Shown here in pieces: positions 41,521 through 50,504 of a DNA stretch of 64,000 nucleotides (positions are counted from its first letter, which is position 1; every line of letters begins with the position of its first letter). The notes beneath the pieces are model-generated. The model did not search any database, had not been told where the DNA came from, and saw nothing but the letters and a program-made list of their open reading frames with translations. Position numbers and translations under genes: made by a program. The stretch covers positions 17,163-81,162 of the forward strand of contig CAJMLK010000002.1 of NCBI GenBank assembly GCA_905214305.1, given 5' to 3'. Origin of the DNA: an uncultured bacterium (GTDB taxonomy: Bacteria > Desulfobacterota > Desulfovibrionia > Desulfovibrionales > Desulfovibrionaceae).

Positions 41521-42066
41521 CTATTTCTTGCCGCCCTTGTCATTTTTCTTTTCTTTGTAAAGTCTGTTCACTTCGGTGAGCACGTCCTGGGTCAGGTCCA
41601 TTGACTGGTCGGCGTACAGAACGCCGCCCGCGGTCACGTCAACCACAAAGTTGAAGCCCTTGGTGCGGGCCACTTCGTAGGTGGCGCTGAAGACCAGGGT
41701 CACCATGTCCTGGCGCAGCTTCACTTCTTCCTGTTCAACCTTGCGCAGGAAGTTGCGGGTCTTCTGGTCCAGGTCCTGCTTGGCGCGGATGAATTCCAGC
41801 TTTTTTTCTTCGCTGACCTTGGGATTCTTGAGCGATTCGGCCTTTTTCTTCAGGGCTTCGCCCTGCTTTTCCAGTTCGGAGCGTTCTTTGCCGAACTTTT
41901 GCTCCATCTGCTTTTTGGCGGCCTCGGCGGGTTCGCTCTGCGTGGCCACAGTTTGCATGTCCACCACACCAATTTTGGCGGCGGGCACGGCGTTGCTGTC
42001 AGCCGCAAGGGCCGCTCCGGCCATGAGCATGCAAACCGCTACGGTCATCATCAAAACCTTGCGCAT
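41521..42066 (-). CDS. skp: periplasmic chaperone Skp/OmpH
   Basis: Signal peptide, then a long K/E-rich coiled coil (AKIGVVDMQ...). Lies between bamA and fabZ, as is typical. AAGGAG RBS at start 42066. Confidence 0.75.
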   Translation of the reverse strand: MRKVLMMTVAVCMLMAGAALAADSNAVPAAKIGVVDMQTVATQSEPAEAAKKQMEQKFGKERSELEKQGEALKKKAESLKNPKVSEEKKLEFIRAKQDLDQKTRNFLRKVEQEEVKLRQDMVTLVFSATYEVARTKGFNFVVDVTAGGVLYADQSMDLTQDVLTEVNRLYKEKKNDKGGKK

Positions 42067-42273
42067 GTAAAGTACTCCTTCCCCGATTGCTGTTTTTATA
42101 TCTCGTCCTTGCGGAATTGGGATGACCCTTGCGCCGTAAGAAACTTGTATAACACTGTTTTTTCGTGCGTAGCCCGTGCGCTGCACAAGCCGGGACAGAA
42201 CCTGACCGCGCCTGTGTAACTGGGCTTTATTTTTGCTGATACTACAGAGCGGCATACATTTGAAATCCCTGCA

Positions 42274-44694
42274 TCACATAGCATCGGCGCTTTCGGGCGT
42301 CAAGGAATTCTGGGCCGTTCTCCTTTTGAGCAGTCTGTCCTTGTATGCAAGTATGCCTTCAGCCAGTCCCTCGGCCAGTGCAAGACGGTATTTGGCATTG
42401 GCGAGATTGCGGGCTTCGGTGGCGTGGGTGCAATAGCCAAGCTCTACCAGCACGGCTGGCATCTGTGCGCCAAGCAGCACGTGAAACGGAGCAGACTTGA
42501 CCCCGTTGTTGCGGACATCATACTGACGCTTTTTCAGTCGAAAGATGCTAAGACGCTGAATATCTTGTGCAAGTCTGCGAGATTCATCTACTCTGGCATT
42601 GAGCATGACATCGGCCAGCATTTTTTGCATATCGCCCAGACGATGGTCACTGCCCGAGTTTTCAAGCGCAGCCACCCGCGCAGCCTCGCTGTTGCTCGCA
42701 AGATCGAGATAGTAGGTTTCAAAGCCGTTGACCGATGTATCGTCATTGGCATTTACATGAATGGACACAAAAATGTCCGCTCCGGCGGCATTGGCGCTGC
42801 TTGTCCTTTCGCGCAATGAAAGCCCCGTGTCCCTGGTGCGGCTGTAGACCACATCAACGCCGTTGGCCTGCAGAAGGCGGCCAAGGGTCAGGGCCACGTC
42901 AAGGGTGATGACGCGCTCAAGAATGCCGTTATGGCTGGTTCCGGGATCGCGCCCGCCGTGCCCGGCATCAATGAAGACCGTGCGCAGGGTAAGCCCCAGC
43001 TGACGGGCCATGTCATTGACCTGACGGGAGTCGGGCAGGGGCGCTTCGCGGGTCGGGGGGGCCTTGTCCTGCTCGGCAAAGCCTGCACCGGACGCCTTGC
43101 GCGGAGGCAGGGGGGTGCTTCCCGCAGCCACGCGCAGCACTATGCGGCACGGATTGCTCTCGGTCTGCGCGTCAAAGCGCCGCACGTCCCTGAAGCTGAA
43201 CTGCATGACCGCGCCGCCGCCCTTGCGGTCACGTACGCGGATCGACTGCAGCAGGCTGCCCTTGACCGTGACGCCCTGACGGACATCCTTCACGACCGAG
43301 GCGTTTTCAAGCTCGATATACAGGCTGGACGAAGCGCCTTTTTTTCCTTCTACAAGCTTTGCGTTGTAGCGGGCCGGAGACGACAGCTCCAGCACGATTT
43401 CAACGGCGTCTTTGCTCAGGGAGTTCCACGAAAGCATGTGCACTTCGGGCGGCACGGTCGCAAGGGGCGCATTGTCGGCTCTTGCGGCCGGGGCGGCGTC
43501 GGGGCGGCCTGTAAGGCGCGCGCGCATTTCTTTGGCCTGCGGCAGCATGTCGCCGTGGGAATAGAGGGTTGCGATGGCATCCAGCAGTTCCAGGGCCTCA
43601 GCGGGCTGGTTCAACCGGTCGGCCTCGATGGCGGCGGCGCGCAGAAGGGCGTCGTCGGCCAGTGCGCTCTTGGGAAATTCCTGGGCAAGGCTGAGGTACA
43701 GGTCGCGCGCCTGCCGGTATTCGGCCGTGAGGTGTGAGCAGTCTGCCAGCGATTCCTGGCTGGCTGCCGCCCTGAAGAGCGCACCGGGCGAAATGGCCCA
43801 GTTTTTACGGCTCTGATAGATGCGCAGAAATTCCGTTGCCAGCTCTTCCCACGGCTGACGCCAGCAGGAGCGCACCTTGTCGGCACGCAGGGCGTCCATA
43901 TCGGCCTTGGCCTTGCGGTAGCGTGGCAGAAGCTGGTTTTGCGGCAGCGGGGTCGCCAGAGCCGCCGCAAGGGCTGGCTTGGACGCTGCAATCTGGGCTG
44001 TGGTGGGGGCAGGGTTGCCGTTGGAGGCGTTTCCACCTTGCGCGGCCGGGCCGGGCTGGTCTTCAACGGCTGTTCTGTTTTCGGCCACCGCCACCTGACG
44101 GGCTTCGGGCGCGGTGCGCCCCTGTGCAGAGGCCAGCAGGGTCTTTTCCAGCGCCAGTGCCTCGGGCAGCATGTCGCCCCTGGGATACTGACTTTTGATA
44201 CGTGCGATCAGTTCCAGCGCGCCCTTGTCGTCCTTGAGCCATGCGGCGCGGAGCTTGGCGGCATGAAACAGCGCGTCATCTGCAAGGCGACTGTCCGCAT
44301 GGCGCATGGCCACGGATTCGTAGCATTCAATGGCCTTGCGGGCATCCGCCTTGGCAAAGGAGCGGCGGGCAAGTTCTTCAAGACTTTCCGCAGCACGGAA
44401 AAGAGCAGCGGGCCGGTTGGGCCAGCCGGGATCAGCGTCGTAGATCGAACGGAATTCGGCAGCCAGCTTTTCCCACGGTTCGCGCTGCCCCGAACGCTTG
44501 GCGTCCATACGCAGGCTTTCAATGCCAGCCTTGGCGGTGTCGTAGCGCTTGCCGGTGGGCGGCAGGGAGGTGTAGCCCGTGTCGTAAAAGCAGACCACCA
44601 GCAGACAGAGGGCCAGCAAAAAGGCCAGGGGAGGCGCAAGCCGCCTGAGACCGCTTCTGGTTGAGGGCTGGGGGCTTTTTGCTTTGCGGGCCAC
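42274..44694 (-). CDS. N-acetylmuramoyl-L-alanine amidase (AmiC-like) with duplicated N-terminal helical repeat domain
   Basis: C-terminal Amidase_3 motifs VFIDAGHGGRDPG...IFVSIHVNA. The N-terminal ~450 aa contain two homologous ~180-aa units (REPWEKLAAEFRSIYDADPGWP... and RQPWEELATEFLRIYQSRKNWA...). Confidence 0.7.
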   Translation of the reverse strand: MARKAKSPQPSTRSGLRRLAPPLAFLLALCLLVVCFYDTGYTSLPPTGKRYDTAKAGIESLRMDAKRSGQREPWEKLAAEFRSIYDADPGWPNRPAALFRAAESLEELARRSFAKADARKAIECYESVAMRHADSRLADDALFHAAKLRAAWLKDDKGALELIARIKSQYPRGDMLPEALALEKTLLASAQGRTAPEARQVAVAENRTAVEDQPGPAAQGGNASNGNPAPTTAQIAASKPALAAALATPLPQNQLLPRYRKAKADMDALRADKVRSCWRQPWEELATEFLRIYQSRKNWAISPGALFRAAASQESLADCSHLTAEYRQARDLYLSLAQEFPKSALADDALLRAAAIEADRLNQPAEALELLDAIATLYSHGDMLPQAKEMRARLTGRPDAAPAARADNAPLATVPPEVHMLSWNSLSKDAVEIVLELSSPARYNAKLVEGKKGASSSLYIELENASVVKDVRQGVTVKGSLLQSIRVRDRKGGGAVMQFSFRDVRRFDAQTESNPCRIVLRVAAGSTPLPPRKASGAGFAEQDKAPPTREAPLPDSRQVNDMARQLGLTLRTVFIDAGHGGRDPGTSHNGILERVITLDVALTLGRLLQANGVDVVYSRTRDTGLSLRERTSSANAAGADIFVSIHVNANDDTSVNGFETYYLDLASNSEAARVAALENSGSDHRLGDMQKMLADVMLNARVDESRRLAQDIQRLSIFRLKKRQYDVRNNGVKSAPFHVLLGAQMPAVLVELGYCTHATEARNLANAKYRLALAEGLAEGILAYKDRLLKRRTAQNSLTPESADAM

Positions 44695-45061
44695 GGAGAC
44701 TCCTTGCTTGTCCTGCGGCGCGTCGTCAAGCTTATGACATGCGCGACGCGTGAAATTTTCCTTATGGCCCTTGCGGGGCGGCTAATTCAGGCTGAGGCAA
44801 CCTCACGCACCGGGCGAAAGGCCGCATATGATTTTATCTTTGCATAAAACATGCCGATCCAGCGACAAGCGGGCAGGCGGCGGGCGCCGGTCTGTGATGT
44901 CAGCGGGCGGCCGCATGGTGCGTTGCCCTGAAAACTGCAGGGGAGAAGCCTTGCCGAGCAAGGTTTCTCCCCCGTAATTTCACGTCCGGTCGGCTGCGAA
45001 CCGCGCGGGCGTACTCTTCACATGTTTCAGTTTCCGGTTCGTGTCCGGCTCAAAAACCGGC

Positions 45062-47827
45062 CTAGAAGAACTGGCCCATGCTGAATTCGATTCTGCCCGG
45101 AGGCATTTCCTTGTCGTAGTCCTGCACCAGGGGGACGCCGTAGGCTATGCGCAGGTCGCCCATGGGAGAGCGCCAACGCAGCTCCAGGCCGGTGGAGGCC
45201 ACAATGTATCTGTCCCATTCATCGCCCATTGTCTTGGAGTCGATGTTGAAGCCGGTGTCCACAAAGGGAACCAGAGCAAGCCCGAGGTCTTTCTGGAAGG
45301 TCCAGATGTATTCAAGGTTGCCGACAGCCATGCGGTCGCCGCCGATCTGCTCGTTGCCGTGCTTGTAGTCGCGGGGCGAAAGGTCAGAGTAGCTGTAGCC
45401 GCGGATGGTGTCCATGCCGCCGACCCAGAAGCGTTCAAACACAGGGACCCTGTCGCTGGTGTTCTGGAACACGCCGCCCACGCGACCGCGCAAGTGCACG
45501 GTGTTTTGCGGGTTGAAAGACCAGAAGCCCTGCCAGTCGGCCACGCTCTTGACGAAGTTGTCTGTACCGCCAAGGCCGCCGCCGCCGTATTCCGCCCACA
45601 GGCGCGCAATGGTTCCCTTGGTGGGGCGTTCCTTGCTGTCGGTGGTGTCGCGCAGGATGCGGCCCGAGACGGCGCTGGTCCAGTTGATGCCCTTGTAGTC
45701 CTTGATGTAGGGCGAGCTGTTGTCGGCCACGTCATACAGGTGATAGCGCTCAAGGCGGTAGCCCACACCCACGGACGTGTATTCGCCGATGGGATAGCCG
45801 AAGCGCACGGTGTCGCCTATGGTATCCTTGGTGAAGTTGTCCCAGTAGTCGTGGGTGTAATAGATGTCGTTGCCGAACGAAAGGTCGGTATCGTACACGC
45901 GCGGGTTGGTGAAGGACAGGGTTCCCGACGTGCGCCGCCAGGAGAAGAAGCCCTGAAGCTGCAGCCAGTAGCCGCGACCGAAGAGGTTGCGCTCCATGAT
46001 GGAGGCCGTGACGCCCACGTCATAGTAGCTGGAGTAGCCGATACCGCCCATGATGGCTCCGGTATTGGTTTCCTTGACCTTTACCTTGAGGTCTACCTCG
46101 TCTTCCTGTCCGGTGGGGATAAGCTCCATATCCACGGCAGAGAAGTACCGCAGACGGTTCAGGCGCTCGTTGGAGCGGCGCAGCTTGGCCCCTTCGTACA
46201 TGTCGCCGTCGCCCAGACGCATTTCGCGCAGGATGACGTTGTCGCGTGTTTTGGTGTTGCCTTCAACCACCAGACGGCGGATGAACACTTTTTGCTTTTT
46301 GTTGATCAGGTAGCCTACGTCCACCTGATCCGTGCCGTCTTCAGCCTTGATGAGCTTGGTATCCACCTCGGCAAAGGCGTAGCCGTAATCGGCGTAGTGG
46401 TCGGTGAGGCGTTTGGAGTCTTCCTGCATGACCGTCAGCGAGAAATAGTCATTGGACTTCTGCCAGTCATCCATCTGGACGACTTCAAGCATTTTTTCTT
46501 CGCTGTCGATGACGTCTCCGGCAAAGACCACGTTGCGCACGGTATAGCGGGGGCCTTCGTTGACCACAAAGGTGACGTAAATGCCATCGTCCTTGTAGTC
46601 TACCTGGGGTGCGCCCACCTGAATGTCGATGTAGCCTTCATTGAGGCCATAGGCGGCAATGGCGTTGGTGTCGCGCTCAAGGTATTCTTCTTTGAGCACG
46701 CCCGAGCCTGTCAGCCACGAAAAGATGCCGCGCGGCTTGAGGGCGAGGTATTTGTCAAGGTCGCCACGGTTGAGCTTGTTGAGGCCATCAATGTTCACTT
46801 CTTTGACGTAGAGCTTGTTGCCCTCGTCCACGTTGATGACCAGAACAGCGCCGCGCGCGCCCTGGCGGTCTTCAAGACGGTAGTTGACCTTGGCAAGGTA
46901 GTAGCCTTCCTTGCGGTACAGCTCGGTAATTTTTTGCAGGTCGTCGGAAAGCACCTGCTCGTTGAGCACGTTGCCCGTTCTCGTGCCCATGGCGGCAACA
47001 ACGTCTTCCTTGTCGACGCCTTTTGAGCCTTCGACAATGATATTGTCGATGCGGGGCTTTTCCACCACGGTGAAGACCAGCACATTACCTTCAAGGCTGG
47101 CCTGCACATCGCTGAAATATCCCATTTCCCAGATGCGCTTCACTTCTTCATTGATGGCGTGCGCATCGGGCGTGTCGCCCTTGCGAAGGGTCAGGCGCAT
47201 GAGCACGGTGTCGGGGTCCATAACGCTCATGCCGCGAACCTGCACGTCGGCAAGGCCGCCCTTGGCTGCGGTAGGCGTGCCCATCGGCACAAGGCCGGTT
47301 CCGCTGTTGCCGGCCTGAGGCGCGGGGGCGGGCGCGGCGTTTGCGCCCGTCATTTCAGCGGCGCGTCCGGCCAGCGTGCTGGCACAGTCGCTGAGGGCAA
47401 CAAGCGAATTGCGCTCGAAACCGGCAGGCACGGCTTCGCCCTGCTGCACGGGCACAAGGCGCGTATCCATACTGAAGCCGTCGCCAAGCTGGTTGAAGCT
47501 GCCATAAATGACAAGCTGCGCTCCGGCCTGACGGCCCAGTGCGCGCGCCGTGGCAAGGTCGATGGTTTCGCCGCTGCTGCGTTGCAGCTGGCGCGCCGTG
47601 TTCATGGGCACAACGCGCATGCCGCCCTGCTTGAGCTGGTCAGCGATGATCTGCGGCACGTCCTGGGCGGCATTGGGCATTTCCGGCCCGGCATTTACCT
47701 GAAAGGGCAGCACCAGAACCAGAGGGCCCTGCGATGCGCCAGCCTCGCGGGGCATAAGCTGGACGGCGCATACCAGAGCGGTGACGCAAAGAATGTTGGA
47801 CAGGATATTACGCAAGATTTTTTTCAT
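45062..47827 (-). CDS. bamA: outer membrane protein assembly factor BamA
   Basis: Signal peptide, five POTRA-like repeats, a C-terminal Omp85 barrel ending ...FSMGQFF. 921 aa. Confidence 0.9.
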   Translation of the reverse strand: MKKILRNILSNILCVTALVCAVQLMPREAGASQGPLVLVLPFQVNAGPEMPNAAQDVPQIIADQLKQGGMRVVPMNTARQLQRSSGETIDLATARALGRQAGAQLVIYGSFNQLGDGFSMDTRLVPVQQGEAVPAGFERNSLVALSDCASTLAGRAAEMTGANAAPAPAPQAGNSGTGLVPMGTPTAAKGGLADVQVRGMSVMDPDTVLMRLTLRKGDTPDAHAINEEVKRIWEMGYFSDVQASLEGNVLVFTVVEKPRIDNIIVEGSKGVDKEDVVAAMGTRTGNVLNEQVLSDDLQKITELYRKEGYYLAKVNYRLEDRQGARGAVLVINVDEGNKLYVKEVNIDGLNKLNRGDLDKYLALKPRGIFSWLTGSGVLKEEYLERDTNAIAAYGLNEGYIDIQVGAPQVDYKDDGIYVTFVVNEGPRYTVRNVVFAGDVIDSEEKMLEVVQMDDWQKSNDYFSLTVMQEDSKRLTDHYADYGYAFAEVDTKLIKAEDGTDQVDVGYLINKKQKVFIRRLVVEGNTKTRDNVILREMRLGDGDMYEGAKLRRSNERLNRLRYFSAVDMELIPTGQEDEVDLKVKVKETNTGAIMGGIGYSSYYDVGVTASIMERNLFGRGYWLQLQGFFSWRRTSGTLSFTNPRVYDTDLSFGNDIYYTHDYWDNFTKDTIGDTVRFGYPIGEYTSVGVGYRLERYHLYDVADNSSPYIKDYKGINWTSAVSGRILRDTTDSKERPTKGTIARLWAEYGGGGLGGTDNFVKSVADWQGFWSFNPQNTVHLRGRVGGVFQNTSDRVPVFERFWVGGMDTIRGYSYSDLSPRDYKHGNEQIGGDRMAVGNLEYIWTFQKDLGLALVPFVDTGFNIDSKTMGDEWDRYIVASTGLELRWRSPMGDLRIAYGVPLVQDYDKEMPPGRIEFSMGQFF

Positions 47828-48494
47828 ACAGAGTCCCCGCTTTCAGTTCCAGGATGCGGCCCATGCCTGCGGCCAGTTCCCGATTATGCGTCACGACCAC
47901 GAGAGTCATGCCCAGCTCGCGGTTAAGTTCATTCATAAGCGCGCCCACCTGCTCTCCGGTATGTTCGTCCAGATTGCCGGTGGGCTCGTCAGCCAACAGC
48001 ACTCGCGGGCGCATCAGCACCGAGCGGGCGATGGCTACCCTTTGTCTTTCACCGCCCGAAAGCGTGGCAACTTTGCCGTCCATCCGGGCTGCAAGGCCCA
48101 CGCGTTCAAGCATTTCCCTGGCTTTGGGCATGACGGCGGACTGGCGTTCACCGCCGATTATGGCCGGCATTGCCACGTTTTCCACTGCCGAAAACTCCGG
48201 CAAAAGGTGGTGAAACTGAAAAACGAAGCCAAGGGTTTTATTGCGGAAGGCCGCTTTTTGATCGGGCGTCATGTGAGTCATGTCCTGCCCGTCAAAATAG
48301 ACAGCGCCCGTACTTGGAGTATCAAGAGCACCCATAAGATGCAAGAGGGTGCTTTTGCCGGAACCGGAAGCCCCCACAATGGCAAGAGCTTGGCCTTCTT
48401 CCACAACAAGATTGATATCTTTGAGAATTTCAAGGTTTTCTCCCGGTGCGGAGAAAACTTTATTCACATTTGAAAATTTGTAGAGTGCGGACAT
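47808..48494 (-). CDS. lolD: lipoprotein-releasing system ATP-binding protein
   Basis: [36 protein letters not shown]. Start MSALYKF at 48494; overlaps bamA by 20 bp. Confidence 0.8.
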   Translation of the reverse strand: MSALYKFSNVNKVFSAPGENLEILKDINLVVEEGQALAIVGASGSGKSTLLHLMGALDTPSTGAVYFDGQDMTHMTPDQKAAFRNKTLGFVFQFHHLLPEFSAVENVAMPAIIGGERQSAVMPKAREMLERVGLAARMDGKVATLSGGERQRVAIARSVLMRPRVLLADEPTGNLDEHTGEQVGALMNELNRELGMTLVVVTHNRELAAGMGRILELKAGTLYEKNLA

Positions 48495-48496
48495 GG

Positions 48497-49732
48497 CTAC
48501 TCGTAGCGCAGGGCTTCCGCCGGTTCCAGGCGGGCCGCCTGGCGGGCCGGATAAAGGGTTGCCAGAAAGCACAGCAGCATGGCGCTGGCCCCCACGATGA
48601 GCACATCGGTGAGGGTGATGCTGATGGGCAGGTGGTCGAGAGTGTAGACGTTTTCAGGCAGCTTGATGAACTGGTAGCGCTTGAGCAGCCAGCCCACCGT
48701 AAGGCCGAGCACGTAGCCCAGCAATGTGCCGATAACGCCGATGATGCTGCCCTGATACATGAAAATGCGGCGTATCATGCCGCGCGTGGCCCCCATGGAC
48801 ATCATGATGGCAATGTCGCGTGTTTTTTCCATGACCAGCATGACAAGCGATGTCACAATGGAGAAAGAGCCGATAAGCACCACCATGGTCAGCAGGATGA
48901 ACATGCCGATCTTTTCCAGCTTGAGGGCCGCAAAAAGGTTGGCGTTCATTTCCATCCACGAGCGCACATAAAAGGGAGACCCCAGTTCGGTCGCTACGCG
49001 GGTGGATATCTGGTCGGCCTTGAAGAGGTCGTTGACGGTCAGTTCAACACCGGAAAGATATTTTTCGGGCAGGCCGAGCACGTCGCGAGCCGCCGCAAGG
49101 TGCACGAACGCCAGTGACGAGTCATACTCGAACATGCCGGTCTTGAATATGCCCACGATCTCGAATGGACGGATGCGCGGCGCGTAGCCCGATGCGGTCT
49201 TCTGCCCGGAGGGCGACAGCAGATTCACCCGGCTGCCCAGCGCAAGGCCAAGGCGTTTGGCCAGCTCTTCACCGATGATAAGGCCGGGGGCGCCTTCTTT
49301 TTGCAGGTCAGCGGCGGAGCCGGAGCGCATCTGGCGCAGCATCGAGAGCACCTGTGGCCCGGATTCCGGGTCAATGCCCCGCAGAACAACGCCCTTGACG
49401 CCGTTGCCGGACGAAAGCATCACCTCGGTATACACAAAGGGGGTGGCTCCGGTAACGCCCTTGATGGAGCGTATGCGGTCCAGCAGGCCATCATCGTTTT
49501 CAAAGGCCGAAGGCAGGTAGGACATGACAATGGCGTGTGAATTGGCGCCAAGGATCTTGTCACGCATGTCGGTGGTCATGCCGTTGTATACGCCAAGCAC
49601 CACCACCAGCGCGCCAACGCCGAGGGCCACGCCCAGAATGGACATGAGAGAGATAATGTAGATGAAGGTCTGCTTGCGTCTTGAAAACAGATAGCGCAAG
49701 GCCACGAAGAGTTCGAACGACATTTGCGGCAT
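48497..49732 (-). CDS. lipoprotein-releasing system permease LolC/E family
   Basis: FtsX-like permease. N-terminus ...ALRYLFSRRKQTFI and 4 TM segments with a large periplasmic loop. Start MPQMSF at ~49732; the track extension to 50035 is non-coding-like. Confidence 0.75.
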   Translation of the reverse strand: MPQMSFELFVALRYLFSRRKQTFIYIISLMSILGVALGVGALVVVLGVYNGMTTDMRDKILGANSHAIVMSYLPSAFENDDGLLDRIRSIKGVTGATPFVYTEVMLSSGNGVKGVVLRGIDPESGPQVLSMLRQMRSGSAADLQKEGAPGLIIGEELAKRLGLALGSRVNLLSPSGQKTASGYAPRIRPFEIVGIFKTGMFEYDSSLAFVHLAAARDVLGLPEKYLSGVELTVNDLFKADQISTRVATELGSPFYVRSWMEMNANLFAALKLEKIGMFILLTMVVLIGSFSIVTSLVMLVMEKTRDIAIMMSMGATRGMIRRIFMYQGSIIGVIGTLLGYVLGLTVGWLLKRYQFIKLPENVYTLDHLPISITLTDVLIVGASAMLLCFLATLYPARQAARLEPAEALRYE

Positions 49733-50099
49733 ATTGGCCCAGCTTGGCAGGATATTCAAGATATTTTTTAGAAAATGCTCCTGACGCCGGTTTTTTCGAC
49801 GACGGAACGCCCCCACTTGGGCGCATCTGCAACGGCATGGCCCCTGCGCGTAACGCCCGGAACCTGTCGGCACGCCCCGCGGGCGATGCGGGGCTTGCAG
49901 GTTTTTCTGTGCCGCGCCTGCCTGCAGGGCATGGCTATACGCTTGAGGAACAAGGAAATCCAGAGCTTTTTTCAGCCGCCGGGCCGCCGCCGGACTGCCG
50001 CCGGGCCGCTGCCGGACTGCCGCCGGGTGAGGCATGCTTCACGGTGCAGTGTGGCGTGGCGGGATCAAACGGCACGGCAAGGGGTACTGAAAACAGGAG

Positions 50100-50170
50100 C
50101 GAAAGACCCGCTCCCGCAGATTTGCACACGTGGGTACACTTTCTGCGGGAACGGGTCTTTTTATTCTTGA
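50100..50170 (+). terminator. strong orphan rho-independent terminator hairpin (candidate sRNA 3' end)
   Basis: GACCCGCTCCCGCAGA, a 25-nt loop, TCTGCGGGAACGGGTC, then TTTTTATTCTT on the plus strand. No plus-strand CDS lies upstream within 1.7 kb. Confidence 0.45.
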
Positions 50171-50504
50171 GCCTTGGGCAACCGGAAGGTCGCTTGCAGA
50201 ACAGTATCAACGGGCGCGCTCTGGCGCTGTTGCACGCTGCAATTGCTCTGCCGACTGCTCACGCGGCGTTCTCGCAAAGATGCCGACGCACTCTGCCTGC
50301 ACAGCTGCGCGCCGAAGCAGCCTTTGAGAGTGGATACTGCCAGTACAAAAATGCTTTGGACAGTGTCGTCACGAGCGCCTTTCCCGGCATCTCTGCGTCG
50401 AACTTCGCCTTTTATTCCGGTCGAGTACCATAAGAGTACACTCCCTGCATAAAAGGCTCGTTCTCCTTGATATACCAGGAAAATCCATCTCGTGGCGATA
50501 CTGT

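Noticed and set aside
45041-47026. 661-aa plus-strand ORF antisense to bamA. Similar long antisense ORFs: 7171-8232, 13408-14619, 15517-16251, 25582-26424, 34754-35884, 43939-44664, 51114-52094, 57782-59254, 59332-60843
   Set aside because: Each lies entirely opposite a gene with clear conserved motifs (BamA, GT9, porin, TrpB, DUF3298 protein, UvrA, AmiC-like amidase, LysS, ThiC, TrkH). High GC suppresses stop codons on the antisense strand, and the translated products are low-complexity.
49733-50035. N-terminal 100-codon extension of the LolC/E ORF
   Set aside because: Arg-rich, GC-repeat-derived sequence. LolC/E family proteins begin at the conserved …ALRYLFSRR motif, which immediately follows the Met at ~49732.
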